Shown: positions 45,557-55,226, numbered from the stretch's first letter. The stretch is 64,000 nucleotides of DNA from Gemmatimonadota bacterium (GCA_037440225.1 JBBIUN010000006.1:37126-101125), one strand, 5' to 3'. Made by a program: numbers and translations. Notes: generated by a model not told the origin, from the sequence alone.

Positions 45557-47059
45557 CTACCCCAAGGAAGCTTTATTTGCATCCCTGGCCCAATGCAGCG
45601 CGGTCGCCACCGCCCGCCGCCACTGGCCGTACGCTGCCTCGGGGCGGGGGCCGGGTTCGAACCACTGATACCGGCGCGCCTCGAGGAAGTCCTCCGGACG
45701 CTGCCAGACGCCTCCAGCCAGCCCGGCCAGACCGGCCGCACCCAGCGCGGTCGTTTCCACCACGTCGGGCCGACCCACGGGCACCCCCAAGAGATCCGCC
45801 TGAAACTGCATGAGCCAGGCATTGGCCGCTGCGCCACCATCCGCTTTGAGTTCCCGGAGTTCTACCCCGGAAGCTTGCGCCATGTGCTCCACCACATCCC
45901 GCGTGCTGAAGGCCATGGCCTCCAGCGCGGCGCGAACCAGGTGGCTGCGGGAGGTGCCCCGGGTAAGGCCCACGATCATGCCGCGGGCATCGGCTTCCCA
46001 GTGCGGTGCCCCCAGTCCCACGAAGGCCGGCACAAAGCAGACCCCGCCGGTATCCGGCACGCTTCGAGCCAGCGCCTCGGTTTCGGCCGCGCTGGCGATG
46101 ATCTGAAGGCCGTCGCGGAGCCACTGCACCGCGGCGCCCGCCACAAAGACCGAACCCTCCAAGGCCTCGATGGGCTCGCCGCGAGGCCCCAAGGCCACGG
46201 TACGCAGCACCCGCGCCTGGCCGGCCGGGGTCGGGGCGCCGCCCACCACCATCAACAAGAAGGCGCCGGTTCCGTAAGTGCACTTGGCCTGCCCCGGACT
46301 CCAGCAGCCCTGACCCCACAACGCTGCCTGCTGGTCCCCGGCGATCCCCCCGATGGGCAGTTCCAGCCCAAAGTGCTCCCCTTCCGCGAGCCCCACCACC
46401 CCGGAAGACGGCCTGATGTCGGGCAGGGCGGCCCGCGGCACGCCGAAAAGCGAGAGGAGTTCCGGATCCCAGTCGCGGCGCCCGAGATGGTAGAGCAGGG
46501 TGCGGGAGGCGTTGGTATGATCGGTGGCAACCACCCGGCCGCCGGTCAAGCGGGCGACGAGCCAAGCATCAACCGTGCCGAAGACCACCTCGCCGGCCGC
46601 GGCCCGCTGCCTAAGGTCCGGAACGGCTTCCAGCAGCCACTCGATCTTGGTGGCCGAGAAATAGGGATCCCAGACCAATCCGGTGCGGCGGGCGAGGAAC
46701 GCGTCGCCCAACCGGTCTCGCAGCGCCTGACACCGCCCGGCCGTGCGCCGATCCTGCCAGACCACAGCCCGCTGGAGCGGCCTGCCTGTGGCACGATCCC
46801 AGACCACGACGGTCTCGCGCTGGTTGGTGAGACCCAGGGCCACGGGACGCTGTCCCGCCCGGCCGAGGGCCTCGCGGCCGGCTTCCAGGGTGGCGCGCCA
46901 GATCTCCTCGGGGTCGTGTTCCACCCAACCCGGCCGGGGATAATGCTGGGGCAACTCCCGATACGCCCGCGCCAGCACCTGGCCGTCCTGGCCAACCACC
47001 AGAGCGGTACTGCCCGTGGTGCCTTGGTCCAAGGCGAGCACGCAATCCATGGTCCTCAA
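45557..47059 (-). CDS. glpK: Glycerol kinase
   Basis: 500 aa: ...VLALDQGTTGSTALV...GWVEHDPEEIW...GDQQAALWGQ..., FGGY kinase family and GlpK-type. Confidence 0.95.
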   Translation of the reverse strand: MRTMDCVLALDQGTTGSTALVVGQDGQVLARAYRELPQHYPRPGWVEHDPEEIWRATLEAGREALGRAGQRPVALGLTNQRETVVVWDRATGRPLQRAVVWQDRRTAGRCQALRDRLGDAFLARRTGLVWDPYFSATKIEWLLEAVPDLRQRAAAGEVVFGTVDAWLVARLTGGRVVATDHTNASRTLLYHLGRRDWDPELLSLFGVPRAALPDIRPSSGVVGLAEGEHFGLELPIGGIAGDQQAALWGQGCWSPGQAKCTYGTGAFLLMVVGGAPTPAGQARVLRTVALGPRGEPIEALEGSVFVAGAAVQWLRDGLQIIASAAETEALARSVPDTGGVCFVPAFVGLGAPHWEADARGMIVGLTRGTSRSHLVRAALEAMAFSTRDVVEHMAQASGVELRELKADGGAAANAWLMQFQADLLGVPVGRPDVVETTALGAAGLAGLAGGVWQRPEDFLEARRYQWFEPGPRPEAAYGQWRRAVATALHWARDANKASLG

Positions 47060-47291
47060 GCATCGGCTCCGGGCCGCGAGTACGCAACCCAGCCCGTCAC
47101 GGTGGCTTCACGACGTTTTCATTCTCGAGGGGGTAGGCTGGTCTGGGATTGACCGGAGAGGACGCGGCCAGCGCAGGGCCATGGCGAGCGAGGGCCCGGC
47201 CGGCGGTGTGCGGCGGAGCCCCCAGTGCACCGCCACCCTGGCGGGTTCGTGCCGGCAGTCCCCACGGATCATGAACCAACGGGGGTGGGCA

Positions 47292-47816
47292 ATGCATCCA
47301 CCAAACGAACAGACGGCGATCCCGGCGTCCTGGGAGCGGCGGATCCGATCCCTGGCGCTCGGCATCTTGGTCCTGGCCCTGGGGGTGCTGGCGGGAGCCG
47401 GGGCTCGGGAGTCGAATGCATCGCGGTCCGTGGTGTTCCTCCAGCAAGGCTCGGATGCTCGGCAGCCGATCGCCTTGGCCGGCGCGCAGCGCGACGCTTT
47501 TCTCAAAGAGATGCGGGCCATGCTGGCGGCGATGCAGGGTATGATGGACGGCGCCGCGCGGCTGGACGTGGCGCGCATCCGGGCCATGGCGCAGTCGGTG
47601 GGAATGAGTTCGATTGCGGGCCGCGACACCGCGTTGACGGGGCGCCTGCCGGAGGCTTTTCGGCGGCAGGAGATCGAAGTGCGGTCGGCCTTCGACGCGC
47701 TGGCCGATGCGGTGCGGGGGTTCACCGCGCGGGACACCACGCTGGCCTATCTCTCGCGCATCGCGCAGCAGTGCGTGGCCTGCCATGCGACCTACCGGCT
47801 GACGACAACGCCCTAA
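47292..47816 (+). CDS. Class II (cytochrome c'-like) monoheme cytochrome, membrane-anchored or secreted
   Basis: This is the C-terminal part of track ORF 47016..47816. ATG 47292 gives 174 aa with hydrophobic LALGILVLALGVLAGAGA. The body is predicted helical, with a single heme motif near the C-terminus (QQCVACHATYR). Confidence 0.6.
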   Translation: MHPPNEQTAIPASWERRIRSLALGILVLALGVLAGAGARESNASRSVVFLQQGSDARQPIALAGAQRDAFLKEMRAMLAAMQGMMDGAARLDVARIRAMAQSVGMSSIAGRDTALTGRLPEAFRRQEIEVRSAFDALADAVRGFTARDTTLAYLSRIAQQCVACHATYRLTTTP

Positions 47817-47872
47817 CCGGGTACCTTTGAGCCGGCCCCAACCCTCGGACCGCATTCCGGTCAGGCTGGCTC

Positions 47873-48526
47873 ATGTCCCTGCTCTCGACTATCCGGGCGC
47901 TGCTCACCTTAGGTCGGGGGGTGACCCGGGGTTTACCGGACCTCACCCCCGCCGACGATCCGATCGCCTTCTTCCGGCGCTGGTTCGACGAAGCCAAAGC
48001 CGCGGGGATTTACTTGCCCGAAAGCATGGCCGTGGCCACGGCGACCCCTAGCGGGGCGCCCGCGGCCCGGATGATGCTGCTCAAGGGCGTGGATCAGCGG
48101 GGCTTTGTCTTTTTCACCAACTACGAGTCCCGCAAAGGAGCCGAACTCGCGGCCAACCCGCGTGCGGCGCTGGTGTTCCACTGGGCCGTGCTGGAGCGCC
48201 AGGTGCGGGTAGAAGGAACCGTCGAAAAGCTTTCCCCCGCGGAATCGGAGGCGTACTTCCGCAGCCGGCCGCGCGGCAGCCGGCTGGGCGCCTGGGCCTC
48301 TCGCCAGAGCGCCCCGCTCGCCAGTCGCGCCGAGTTGGACCGGCGCTTTCGAGAGTTCGAGGCCCAGTTCGCCGGCCGGGAGATCCCCCTGCCGCCGTTC
48401 TGGGGCGGGTTCCGGCTCGAGCCCCTGGTGATCGAGTTCTGGCAGGGCCGGCTCAATCGCTTGCACGATCGGCTGCGCTACACCCGGCAGGGCGGCGGTT
48501 GGTTGGTCGAGCGGCTTTATCCCTAG
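47873..48526 (+). CDS. pdxH: Pyridoxamine 5'-phosphate oxidase
   Basis: 217 aa: ...[22 protein letters not shown]...[33 protein letters not shown]...FWQGR.NRLHDRL.Y. Confidence 0.93.
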   Translation: MSLLSTIRALLTLGRGVTRGLPDLTPADDPIAFFRRWFDEAKAAGIYLPESMAVATATPSGAPAARMMLLKGVDQRGFVFFTNYESRKGAELAANPRAALVFHWAVLERQVRVEGTVEKLSPAESEAYFRSRPRGSRLGAWASRQSAPLASRAELDRRFREFEAQFAGREIPLPPFWGGFRLEPLVIEFWQGRLNRLHDRLRYTRQGGGWLVERLYP

Positions 48527-48874
48527 AGCCCTGCACCGGAGCGGCCGCCCGCTCGGCGTCATGGTCCACCCTGCCAAATCAGGCTCCCCCGGCTGCCGCC
48601 CCCGCAGCAGATCGGCCACCCGCTCGGTGTCACGGTCGGGACTCGCCGCGGCGTGGGGCCGGGGGGAAGAGCCTCCTGAACCGCCGCACGCTCAGGTCCA
48701 AGCGGCCGCGCGCCGGGACCGTGCCCCAGGCCGCGCGGACCACATGAGCCGTGCCCAGGGAGGGCCGGAGTGCCAGGCCCGTTCCCAGTCGGCTGCAGGT
48801 GGCGGCGGCGCGGTGTCCAGGGAAGGCCGGAGCGGCAAGGCCCAGTGGAACCCGGACACAGCCCGGGCCCTGCG

Positions 48875-49936
48875 TCAGATGCCTAGCGCCGCGATGGCAG
48901 GGCCGAAGGGCGGCCTGAGCACACCCCGGTCCGTGACGATGGCGGTGACCAACGCTGCCGGCGTGACGTCGAACGCCGGGTTCCAGGCGTTCATGCCCTG
49001 GGGACCGCCGGTGATCTCGCTCGCTCGCCGCTCCTCGATGGGAATGGCCTCGCCGGTGGGGCTCGCCGGATCGAACGTCGAGCGGGGAGCGGCCACATAG
49101 AAGGGGAGGCGGTGGCAGTTGGCCAGCAGCGCCAGGCCGTAGGTGCCGATCTTGTTGGCCACGTCCCCGTTGGCGGCGATGCGATCGGCGCCCACGATCA
49201 CCAGATCCACCTCGTGCCGAGCCATCATCCATGCGGCGGCCCCATCCACGATCACGCGGCAGGGAATCCCGGCCCGGGCAAGCTCCCAGGCGGTAAGCCG
49301 GGCGCCCTGGCCCAGCGGCCGGGTCTCGGTGGCGATCACGCTCACCGCTTTGCCGCGCTGATGGGCCACATACACGGCGCCGAGGGCGGTCCCGATGCCG
49401 CCGGTGGCCAGCATGCCGGCGTTGCAATGGGTGAGGATTCTCGCGCCCGGCGCGATGAGTTCTTGGCCGCACTCGCCGATGGCCTGGCACATGGCGGCAT
49501 CTTCATCCCAGATCGCTTGCGCTTCGGTTCTGAGGCGCTGGGCCAAGGCAGGCCCGGTTGCCCCTGAGCGCATAGCCTCGAGGCCGGCGCGCCGCATCCG
49601 CTCGATGGTATGGCGGAGATTGACCGCGGTGGGGCGAGCCGCGGCCAGCCGTCGGCAGGCAGCCTCGAGCCACTCGGCCGTGGGCCACCCTTGACAACTC
49701 GGCTGCGGCGGTCGAGCCTCGCCTGCCAGGCGGGATGCCTCCGCCGCGAGGCCCATGGCTGCAGCGATGCCGATCAAGGGAGCGCCCCGCACACGCAGCG
49801 AGCGGATGGCCTCGGTCATGGCCTCCACCGAGGCGATGGTGAGCCATCGGGCCTCTGCGGGCAGCGCGGTCTGATCCAACAGGCGCACCGAACCGCCCGG
49901 CCCCCAGGCGATGGCGTCCGTGTGGGAGGCTGGCAT
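48875..49936 (-). CDS. mtnA: Methylthioribose-1-phosphate isomerase (eIF-2B alpha/beta/delta family)
   Basis: 353 aa: ...LLDQTALP...VRGAPLIGIAAA...ILTHCNAGMLATGGIGTALG...VGADRIAANGDVANKIGTY... Confidence 0.9.
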   Translation of the reverse strand: MPASHTDAIAWGPGGSVRLLDQTALPAEARWLTIASVEAMTEAIRSLRVRGAPLIGIAAAMGLAAEASRLAGEARPPQPSCQGWPTAEWLEAACRRLAAARPTAVNLRHTIERMRRAGLEAMRSGATGPALAQRLRTEAQAIWDEDAAMCQAIGECGQELIAPGARILTHCNAGMLATGGIGTALGAVYVAHQRGKAVSVIATETRPLGQGARLTAWELARAGIPCRVIVDGAAAWMMARHEVDLVIVGADRIAANGDVANKIGTYGLALLANCHRLPFYVAAPRSTFDPASPTGEAIPIEERRASEITGGPQGMNAWNPAFDVTPAALVTAIVTDRGVLRPPFGPAIAALGI

Positions 49937-50088
49937 GCTTCCAAAAGTAGGGCCTGAACGAGGCTTCCGCTTGGCTTCATGAATCGCTTAGAACGGCTCG
50001 GCTAGCCTTTCGGCGAAGCGTTTTTGGGCGAGGCGCATGGCCCAGAGACGAGAAGGGCGTTCTCTAAACTCGGGAGGAGCGAGATCTT

Positions 50089-51363
50089 ATGTATGCACTT
50101 GCTGCGATCGGACTTACGGCCCTGGTATCCCTGGCCGCCCCCACGGAAGGAGCGGCCGGCGGCGTTCCCGCCTGGGTGCGGGAGTATGCCAATGCCTACG
50201 CCAGCCGGGTCTCGAGCGCCGCGAGCCACGTGGAAGCGGCGGCGCCCATCCCGGCGTGGGCCCAGAAGTACAACCTGGACTGCTCGGCCTGTCACTGGCC
50301 GGCCGCACCCCGGCTCAACGCCATGGGGATCCGCTTCCGGTGGGCAGGCTATCGCATGCCGGATGAGATCGGCCAGAAGGTGGACGTCAAGGACGTGGGC
50401 CACTACGTGGCGATGCGGGGCCGGATGCAGTACGTCTATGACAAGACCCAGGGCCAGCCGGCCACCAGCGATTTCAATTGGAACGATGCCACCTTGTTCT
50501 TCTCGGGACCGTTCGGGAAGCACTATAGCGCATTCTTCGAGCTGGAACGCGAGGCCGAGGATGCGCTGGGACTGGTGGCGCAGATCGGCGGCCTGTGGGG
50601 CAATCAGGAGTCCTACGGCGGGGTGCGGACCGGCCTGATGCACTGGCTGCTGCGGGACGGCGTGGCGGGCTTCGACCGGCCCACCGGCATCCGCACGCCT
50701 TTGCCGCTGGCCAACCCGCTGACTTCCACCATCCCGTTCCGGTTCTCGAAGGACCAGCTCGGCGCGGAGGGGTTTTTCGTGACCGGGCGCAACCGGGTTT
50801 CGCTCGAGGTGCTGAACGGGATCAACACCGCGGGTGCGGGTGACGAGAAGGATCCCGATACCAACCGCGACTTCGTGGTGACGAACCAGTTCCTGTTCGA
50901 TAACAAGGGTTCGGGGATCACCGCGGTGGGCTATTATGGCCAACTGGTGGGCCTGGCGCCGTCGGATCCCGGCCTCAACTCGCACTTCTGGCGGCTGGGC
51001 GCGAGTGCCAACTGGATCGTCAAGCAGCTGGAGTTGATGGGCGGCGTGGTGTATGGCAAGGACACCGACCTGCCCAGGTCGGTCTCCCCGGCGGATCGCA
51101 CCGGACTGGGGTATTGGGCCTATGGCGGCTACTCCATTCCCGTGCAGCAGTCCCTCTGGACGCTGTATGGTCGCTACGAGTTCCTGGACCCCAACACCGA
51201 TGTCGCCGGTGACGGCAGCAAGCGCTTCGTGTTCGGCACGGTGCTGCCCGTGAACCTACCGGAGTATCTGCGGCTGGCGGTCGAATATGCCCACGATCTC
51301 AAGCAGGCGGCCGCCGCGCCCAAGCGCAACGGCCTGACGGCGGAGGTGATGCTGAACTTCTGA
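50089..51363 (+). CDS. Cyc2-like fused monoheme cytochrome-porin (outer-membrane barrel with N-terminal CxxCH)
   Basis: 424 aa with a signal peptide and a single CSACH in the context PIPAWAQKYNLDCSACHW. About 340 aa of alternating-polarity strands follow, ending ...GLTAEVMLNF. The RBS GGGAGGAG lies upstream of the ATG. Confidence 0.65.
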   Translation: MYALAAIGLTALVSLAAPTEGAAGGVPAWVREYANAYASRVSSAASHVEAAAPIPAWAQKYNLDCSACHWPAAPRLNAMGIRFRWAGYRMPDEIGQKVDVKDVGHYVAMRGRMQYVYDKTQGQPATSDFNWNDATLFFSGPFGKHYSAFFELEREAEDALGLVAQIGGLWGNQESYGGVRTGLMHWLLRDGVAGFDRPTGIRTPLPLANPLTSTIPFRFSKDQLGAEGFFVTGRNRVSLEVLNGINTAGAGDEKDPDTNRDFVVTNQFLFDNKGSGITAVGYYGQLVGLAPSDPGLNSHFWRLGASANWIVKQLELMGGVVYGKDTDLPRSVSPADRTGLGYWAYGGYSIPVQQSLWTLYGRYEFLDPNTDVAGDGSKRFVFGTVLPVNLPEYLRLAVEYAHDLKQAAAAPKRNGLTAEVMLNF

Positions 51364-51480
51364 TCGCCGGGCGGCCGGGCGAACTCAGGCCACGATGGCC
51401 CCTGGGTCGAGGCCCCCGTGGGCCGGCCTGGGTTCGCCCCGGGCGATCCCCCATCCCGTGCAGCATCGGAGCGAAGCCAG

Positions 51481-52215
51481 ATGAAGGTTCCGGAACAGGT
51501 ACCCCGGCTGAGCGCGGTGTTCGCCGTGGCGATAGCCGGATTGGTGGCGGCCCGATCGCTTCTCCTGCCTGAGACCTTCGGCAAGCTCGGTCATTACCGC
51601 GCCGCGGCGATTGACTCCGTCGCGGCCCGCCCTACGAAGTACGCGGGCCAGCAAGCCTGCGCTGCTTGCCATGACGACGTGGCCACGCGCCGGGCGGCCG
51701 GCAATCATCGGGGGGTCTCCTGCGAAGTGTGCCACGGGCCGGAGCAGGCTCACGTGGATGCGCCGCTCGAGGTCAAGCCCCCGGCGCCGCGGGACCGCGG
51801 CTTCTGCCCGTTGTGCCATGCGTACAATCCCTCGCGGCCCACCGGCTTTCCCCAGATTGACCCGGTGGCGCACAACCCGCTCAAGCCGTGCATCACCTGC
51901 CACGATCCCCATGCGCCGGTCCCTCCGGTGGTGCCGGGCGAGTGCAGCGCCTGCCACGGGCAGATCGCCCGCCAGAAGGCGCTCTCGCACCATGCCAACC
52001 TGCCGTGCACCACGTGCCATCAGGCGCCGCAGCAGCATAAGGTGGCGCCGCGCACGGTGCGGCCGACCAAGCCCACGGAACGGAGTTTCTGCGGCCGGTG
52101 CCACGCCGAGGGAAGCAGCGGGCCTCCGGAAGCGCCGCGCATCAACCTGGCCGAGCACAATCCCCGATACCTGTGCTGGCAGTGCCACTACCCTCACTAC
52201 CCAGAGGCTCGATGA
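51481..52215 (+). CDS. Membrane-anchored octaheme c-type cytochrome
   Basis: Lies inside track ORF 51418..52215; ATG 51481 gives 244 aa. It has an N-terminal TM helix (LSAVFAVAIAGLVAARSLLL) and 8 CxxCH motifs: CAACH, CEVCH, CPLCH, CITCH, CSACH, CTTCH, CGRCH, CWQCH. Confidence 0.85.
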   Translation: MKVPEQVPRLSAVFAVAIAGLVAARSLLLPETFGKLGHYRAAAIDSVAARPTKYAGQQACAACHDDVATRRAAGNHRGVSCEVCHGPEQAHVDAPLEVKPPAPRDRGFCPLCHAYNPSRPTGFPQIDPVAHNPLKPCITCHDPHAPVPPVVPGECSACHGQIARQKALSHHANLPCTTCHQAPQQHKVAPRTVRPTKPTERSFCGRCHAEGSSGPPEAPRINLAEHNPRYLCWQCHYPHYPEAR

Positions 52216-53024
52216 TGGCGGACGAAGCACCGCAACCGGACGGCGCTTCACGCGGGCTGCCGGTGGTGGATCGGCGGCAGTTCGTCCAAGAAGCGCTCAA
52301 AGCCTGCGCGGCAGGGTGCCCGGTGATCTTGGCAGTGTTCGCGCTGCCGGCTGCGACGGCTCAGGAGCCGGGCCGCGGCGGCTACGACCCGAGCGAGCAC
52401 TGGTATGGGATGGGGATTGACATCCAGAAGTGCATCGGCTGCGGCCGCTGTGTGGCCGCCTGCAAGGCGGAAAACGAGGTGCCGCCGGATGCCCACCATT
52501 TCAATACCTGGGTGGAACGTTATGTGATCCACGATGACGGCGAGGTCACCGTGGACAGCCCCAACGGCGGTTTTGATGGGTTTCCTCCTCCCGAGAGCGA
52601 GGCGGGCATTCGGCGGACCTTCTTCGTGCCCAAGCTGTGCAACCACTGCGCCAACCCGCCGTGCGTGCAGGTTTGTCCCGTGGGTGCCACGTTCAGTACG
52701 CCCGACGGCGTGGTGCTGGTGGACGAAGCCTACTGTATCGGGTGCCGGTACTGCATTCAGGCCTGTCCCTACGGGGCGCGCTGGTTCCATCCTACCAAGC
52801 ACGTGGCCGCCAAGTGCACCTTCTGCTACCACCGGCTGGTCAAGGGGCTGTTGCCCGCGTGCGTGGAGGCCTGTCCCACAGGGGCGCGGGTCTTCGGCGA
52901 AGTGGCCCAGCGGGCCACCCCGCTGGCCCGCTTCACGCGGATGAACGACATCCAGGTGTTGAAGCCCCATCTCAACACCAAGCCCAAGGTGTACTACGCC
53001 AATCTCGACGTCGAGGTGAGGTAG
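52212..53024 (+). CDS. Tat-exported 4Fe-4S ferredoxin subunit, NrfC/PsrB/DmsB type
   Basis: ATG 52212 overlaps the octaheme stop (ATGA). It has the twin-arginine motif DRRQFV and cluster motifs CIGCGRCVAACKAEN, CNHCANPPCVQVCP, CIGCRYCIQACP and CTFCYHRL...CVEACP. Confidence 0.9.
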   Translation: MMADEAPQPDGASRGLPVVDRRQFVQEALKACAAGCPVILAVFALPAATAQEPGRGGYDPSEHWYGMGIDIQKCIGCGRCVAACKAENEVPPDAHHFNTWVERYVIHDDGEVTVDSPNGGFDGFPPPESEAGIRRTFFVPKLCNHCANPPCVQVCPVGATFSTPDGVVLVDEAYCIGCRYCIQACPYGARWFHPTKHVAAKCTFCYHRLVKGLLPACVEACPTGARVFGEVAQRATPLARFTRMNDIQVLKPHLNTKPKVYYANLDVEVR

Positions 53025-53025
53025 G

Positions 53026-54216
53026 GTGCAAGGCTATATCTACCCCAACGAGTACGAGCTGCAGTGGAGCCTCTTGATCGTGTTGTACCCGTACATCACC
53101 GGTCTGGTGGCTGGCGCGTTCATCCTGGCTTCGCTGGAGCGGGTCTTCAACGTGAAGGAGGTCCAGCCCACCTACCGGCTGGCCTTGCTGACTGCGCTGG
53201 CCTTCCTGCTGGTGGCCCCGCTGCCCCTGCAGGCCCACCTGGGCCACCCCGAGCGCTCCTACGAGATCTTCCTCACGCCCAACCGCAAATCGGCTATGGC
53301 GATGTTCGGGTTCGTGTACGCGTGGTACCTGGCCGTGGTGTTGTTGCTGGAGATTTGGTTCGAGTATCGCCAGGACATGATCACGTGGGCCAGCCGGGCT
53401 TCCGGCCCTCGCCGCTGGCTCTACCGGGTGCTGACCCTGGGCTCCCGAGATCTCTCTCCGGCAGCGCTCCAGTTCGACGACGCGGCCGGGCGCTGGATCA
53501 CCATCATCGGCATCCCGTCGGCGTTCCTGCTGCACGGGTACGTGGGGTTCATCTTCGGATCGGTCAAGGCGAACCCCTGGTGGAGCAGCGTGCTGATGCC
53601 GGTGGTCTTCCTGTTCTCGGCCATCGTGTCGGGCATCGCCCTGGTGCTGATCCTCTATCTGCTCACCAGCCTGTTTCGCTCCCGTCCGGTGGACATGCGC
53701 TGCCTGGACAAGCTGGCCAGCTTCCTGTTCTACGCCATGATCGTGGACGTCTCGCTGGAGATGCTGGACTTCCTGCACCGGCTCTACGAGTCGGAAGAGT
53801 CCATCACCATTCTCTCGCAGATGATCGAGAGCCGGCTGTTCATCAGCCTGATCGTCTTGCAGCTCGTGCTCGGCACGCTCGTTCCCCTAGGCTTCCTCGC
53901 GGTGTTCTCACCGGCGCTGCACCGGGGTCTCGCCCGGGGGTCGGACGAGCTTCGGCGGCTGGTCTATCTGGTTGCGGCCGTGCTGGTGGAAATCGGCATC
54001 TTCAGCATCCGCTGGAACGTGGTGATCGGAGGCCAGTTGTTCTCCAAGAGCCTGCGCGGGCTCACGGTGTACAAGGTGGAGCTGTTGGGCCTCGAGGGCT
54101 TGGCCATGACCATCGCGCTCTTGGCGCTGCCGTTCGTGATCCTCTGGGTCTTGGCCAAGGTGCTGCCGCCGTGGCCGGAGCTGCGCACGGCCCAAGCCGC
54201 CCCCGCGGAGGGGTAG
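53026..54216 (+). CDS. NrfD/PsrC-family polytopic quinone-interacting membrane subunit
   Basis: 396 aa with a GTG start 1 nt after the NrfC-like stop. The N-terminus ...WSLLIVLYPYITGLVAGAFILASL and about 8-10 TM helices are typical of the NrfD family. Confidence 0.85.
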   Translation: MQGYIYPNEYELQWSLLIVLYPYITGLVAGAFILASLERVFNVKEVQPTYRLALLTALAFLLVAPLPLQAHLGHPERSYEIFLTPNRKSAMAMFGFVYAWYLAVVLLLEIWFEYRQDMITWASRASGPRRWLYRVLTLGSRDLSPAALQFDDAAGRWITIIGIPSAFLLHGYVGFIFGSVKANPWWSSVLMPVVFLFSAIVSGIALVLILYLLTSLFRSRPVDMRCLDKLASFLFYAMIVDVSLEMLDFLHRLYESEESITILSQMIESRLFISLIVLQLVLGTLVPLGFLAVFSPALHRGLARGSDELRRLVYLVAAVLVEIGIFSIRWNVVIGGQLFSKSLRGLTVYKVELLGLEGLAMTIALLALPFVILWVLAKVLPPWPELRTAQAAPAEG

Positions 54217-54240
54217 CGGGGGCGCCCGGCCACCGCGCCG

Positions 54241-54582
54241 CTAGGGCTTGGCCAAGCTCCGGATGTACTTGGCGATCGCCACGGCCTGTTCTTTGGTGAG
54301 CTTGCCTTTGAAGCCCTTCATCCCCGGGGCAATGCCGTTCTCGATGACGGCCACCGTGGAGTCCTCAGAAAGACCCTTGAACGTCGCCGGATCGGCGAAC
54401 GACTTGAGGTTCTTGAACATCTTGACCATTCCCGCCGACGGCACCCCTGCCTGGCCGTGGCAGGTCGCGCAGTTCGTCTTGTAGAGCGCCTGGCCGTCCG
54501 GTGCCTGAGCCGCGGCGCTGCGTGCGCTGAGCACGAGGGCCAGGCCCAGACCGAACCCGATAGCGAGCATCTGGCGATTCAC
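54241..54582 (-). CDS. Class I monoheme cytochrome c (c6/c553-like)
   Basis: 113 aa with a signal peptide. GQALYKTNCATCHGQ is the heme motif, and the distal Met region is ...IENGIAPGMKGF.... Confidence 0.85.
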   Translation of the reverse strand: MNRQMLAIGFGLGLALVLSARSAAAQAPDGQALYKTNCATCHGQAGVPSAGMVKMFKNLKSFADPATFKGLSEDSTVAVIENGIAPGMKGFKGKLTKEQAVAIAKYIRSLAKP

Positions 54583-54718
54583 GTGTCCTCCTTGCGGCTC
54601 TTACGTCACGGGTGTCATCGCGGCCTGCCCGAGCCAAGAGCCCCAAGCTCGAGCCTGCCGCCCACGCGGAGCCCGACCCCACCGTTCCACGCCCTGTGGT
54701 CCTTGGATCCGGTCTGGT

Positions 54719-55162
54719 TCACCGGCGGGTGGGCCGCAGCTCCTCGTGACAATTGAAGCACTGGAACACCACTTGCACAAACTGATAGTAGCTGGCGTGG
54801 AGATCGCCGTCCCGGGCGAACTTGGCCAAGAGGGCGGCCCGCCGCTGAAATTCGGCCTCGTTGATCGCCCCGGCCTGCGCCCCGCCCGGCACCACGCTCC
54901 AGTTGGCGCGCGCCGCGATCTCGACCAACTCGTCGGCGGCGCGCTGGACCGCGTTGAGATCCCCCTTGGCCAGGCCCCGGAGGATGATCTCCGCGCGGCT
55001 GACCTTCTCAAGCATCAGCCGGCGGAGCCTGGCCCTGGCCGAGTCCTGCTGTTGCGCGGCGGCCGGCGCGCCTAGGGGCGCGGCCGGCGCCCGAGGTCGA
55101 ACGGCAGCCGTCGCCACGGCCACCGCCGCGGCGAGGCAGATCACCTTAAGCTCGGTTCGCAT
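54719..55162 (-). CDS. Class II-like helical monoheme cytochrome (C-terminal CFNCH)
   Basis: 147 aa with a signal peptide and a helical body. The single heme motif is 10 residues from the C-terminus (FQCFNCHEELR), as in the cytochrome c'/c556 layout. Confidence 0.55.
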   Translation of the reverse strand: MRTELKVICLAAAVAVATAAVRPRAPAAPLGAPAAAQQQDSARARLRRLMLEKVSRAEIILRGLAKGDLNAVQRAADELVEIAARANWSVVPGGAQAGAINEAEFQRRAALLAKFARDGDLHASYYQFVQVVFQCFNCHEELRPTRR

Positions 55163-55226
55163 AGCTCATGCTCCTCAAGCGGTTGCGCCGTCGCGGACGG
55201 CCGCCTGCCATGGGCGTGCCGCGGCC

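Noticed and set aside
43419-47152. Long plus-strand ORFs 43419..45044 and 45593..47152
   Set aside because: They are antisense to ccmF and glpK respectively, both of which are confidently identified.
48527-48874. 348-nt convergent gap between pdxH and mtnA containing only composition-driven ORFs
   Set aside because: I translated all frames by eye and found no recognisable protein, tRNA-like fold or repeat. It may hold terminators or a decayed gene, but I cannot support a feature.
49954-49994. TGAAC/TGAAT-like hexamers upstream of the Cyc2-like gene as a third copy of the phased operator motif
   Set aside because: The spacing (25 and 10 bp) and the sequence (CTGAAC, ATGAAT, TAGAAC) do not match the clean 11-bp phased triples at 25532 and 31465. 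It is mentioned only as a weak look-alike.
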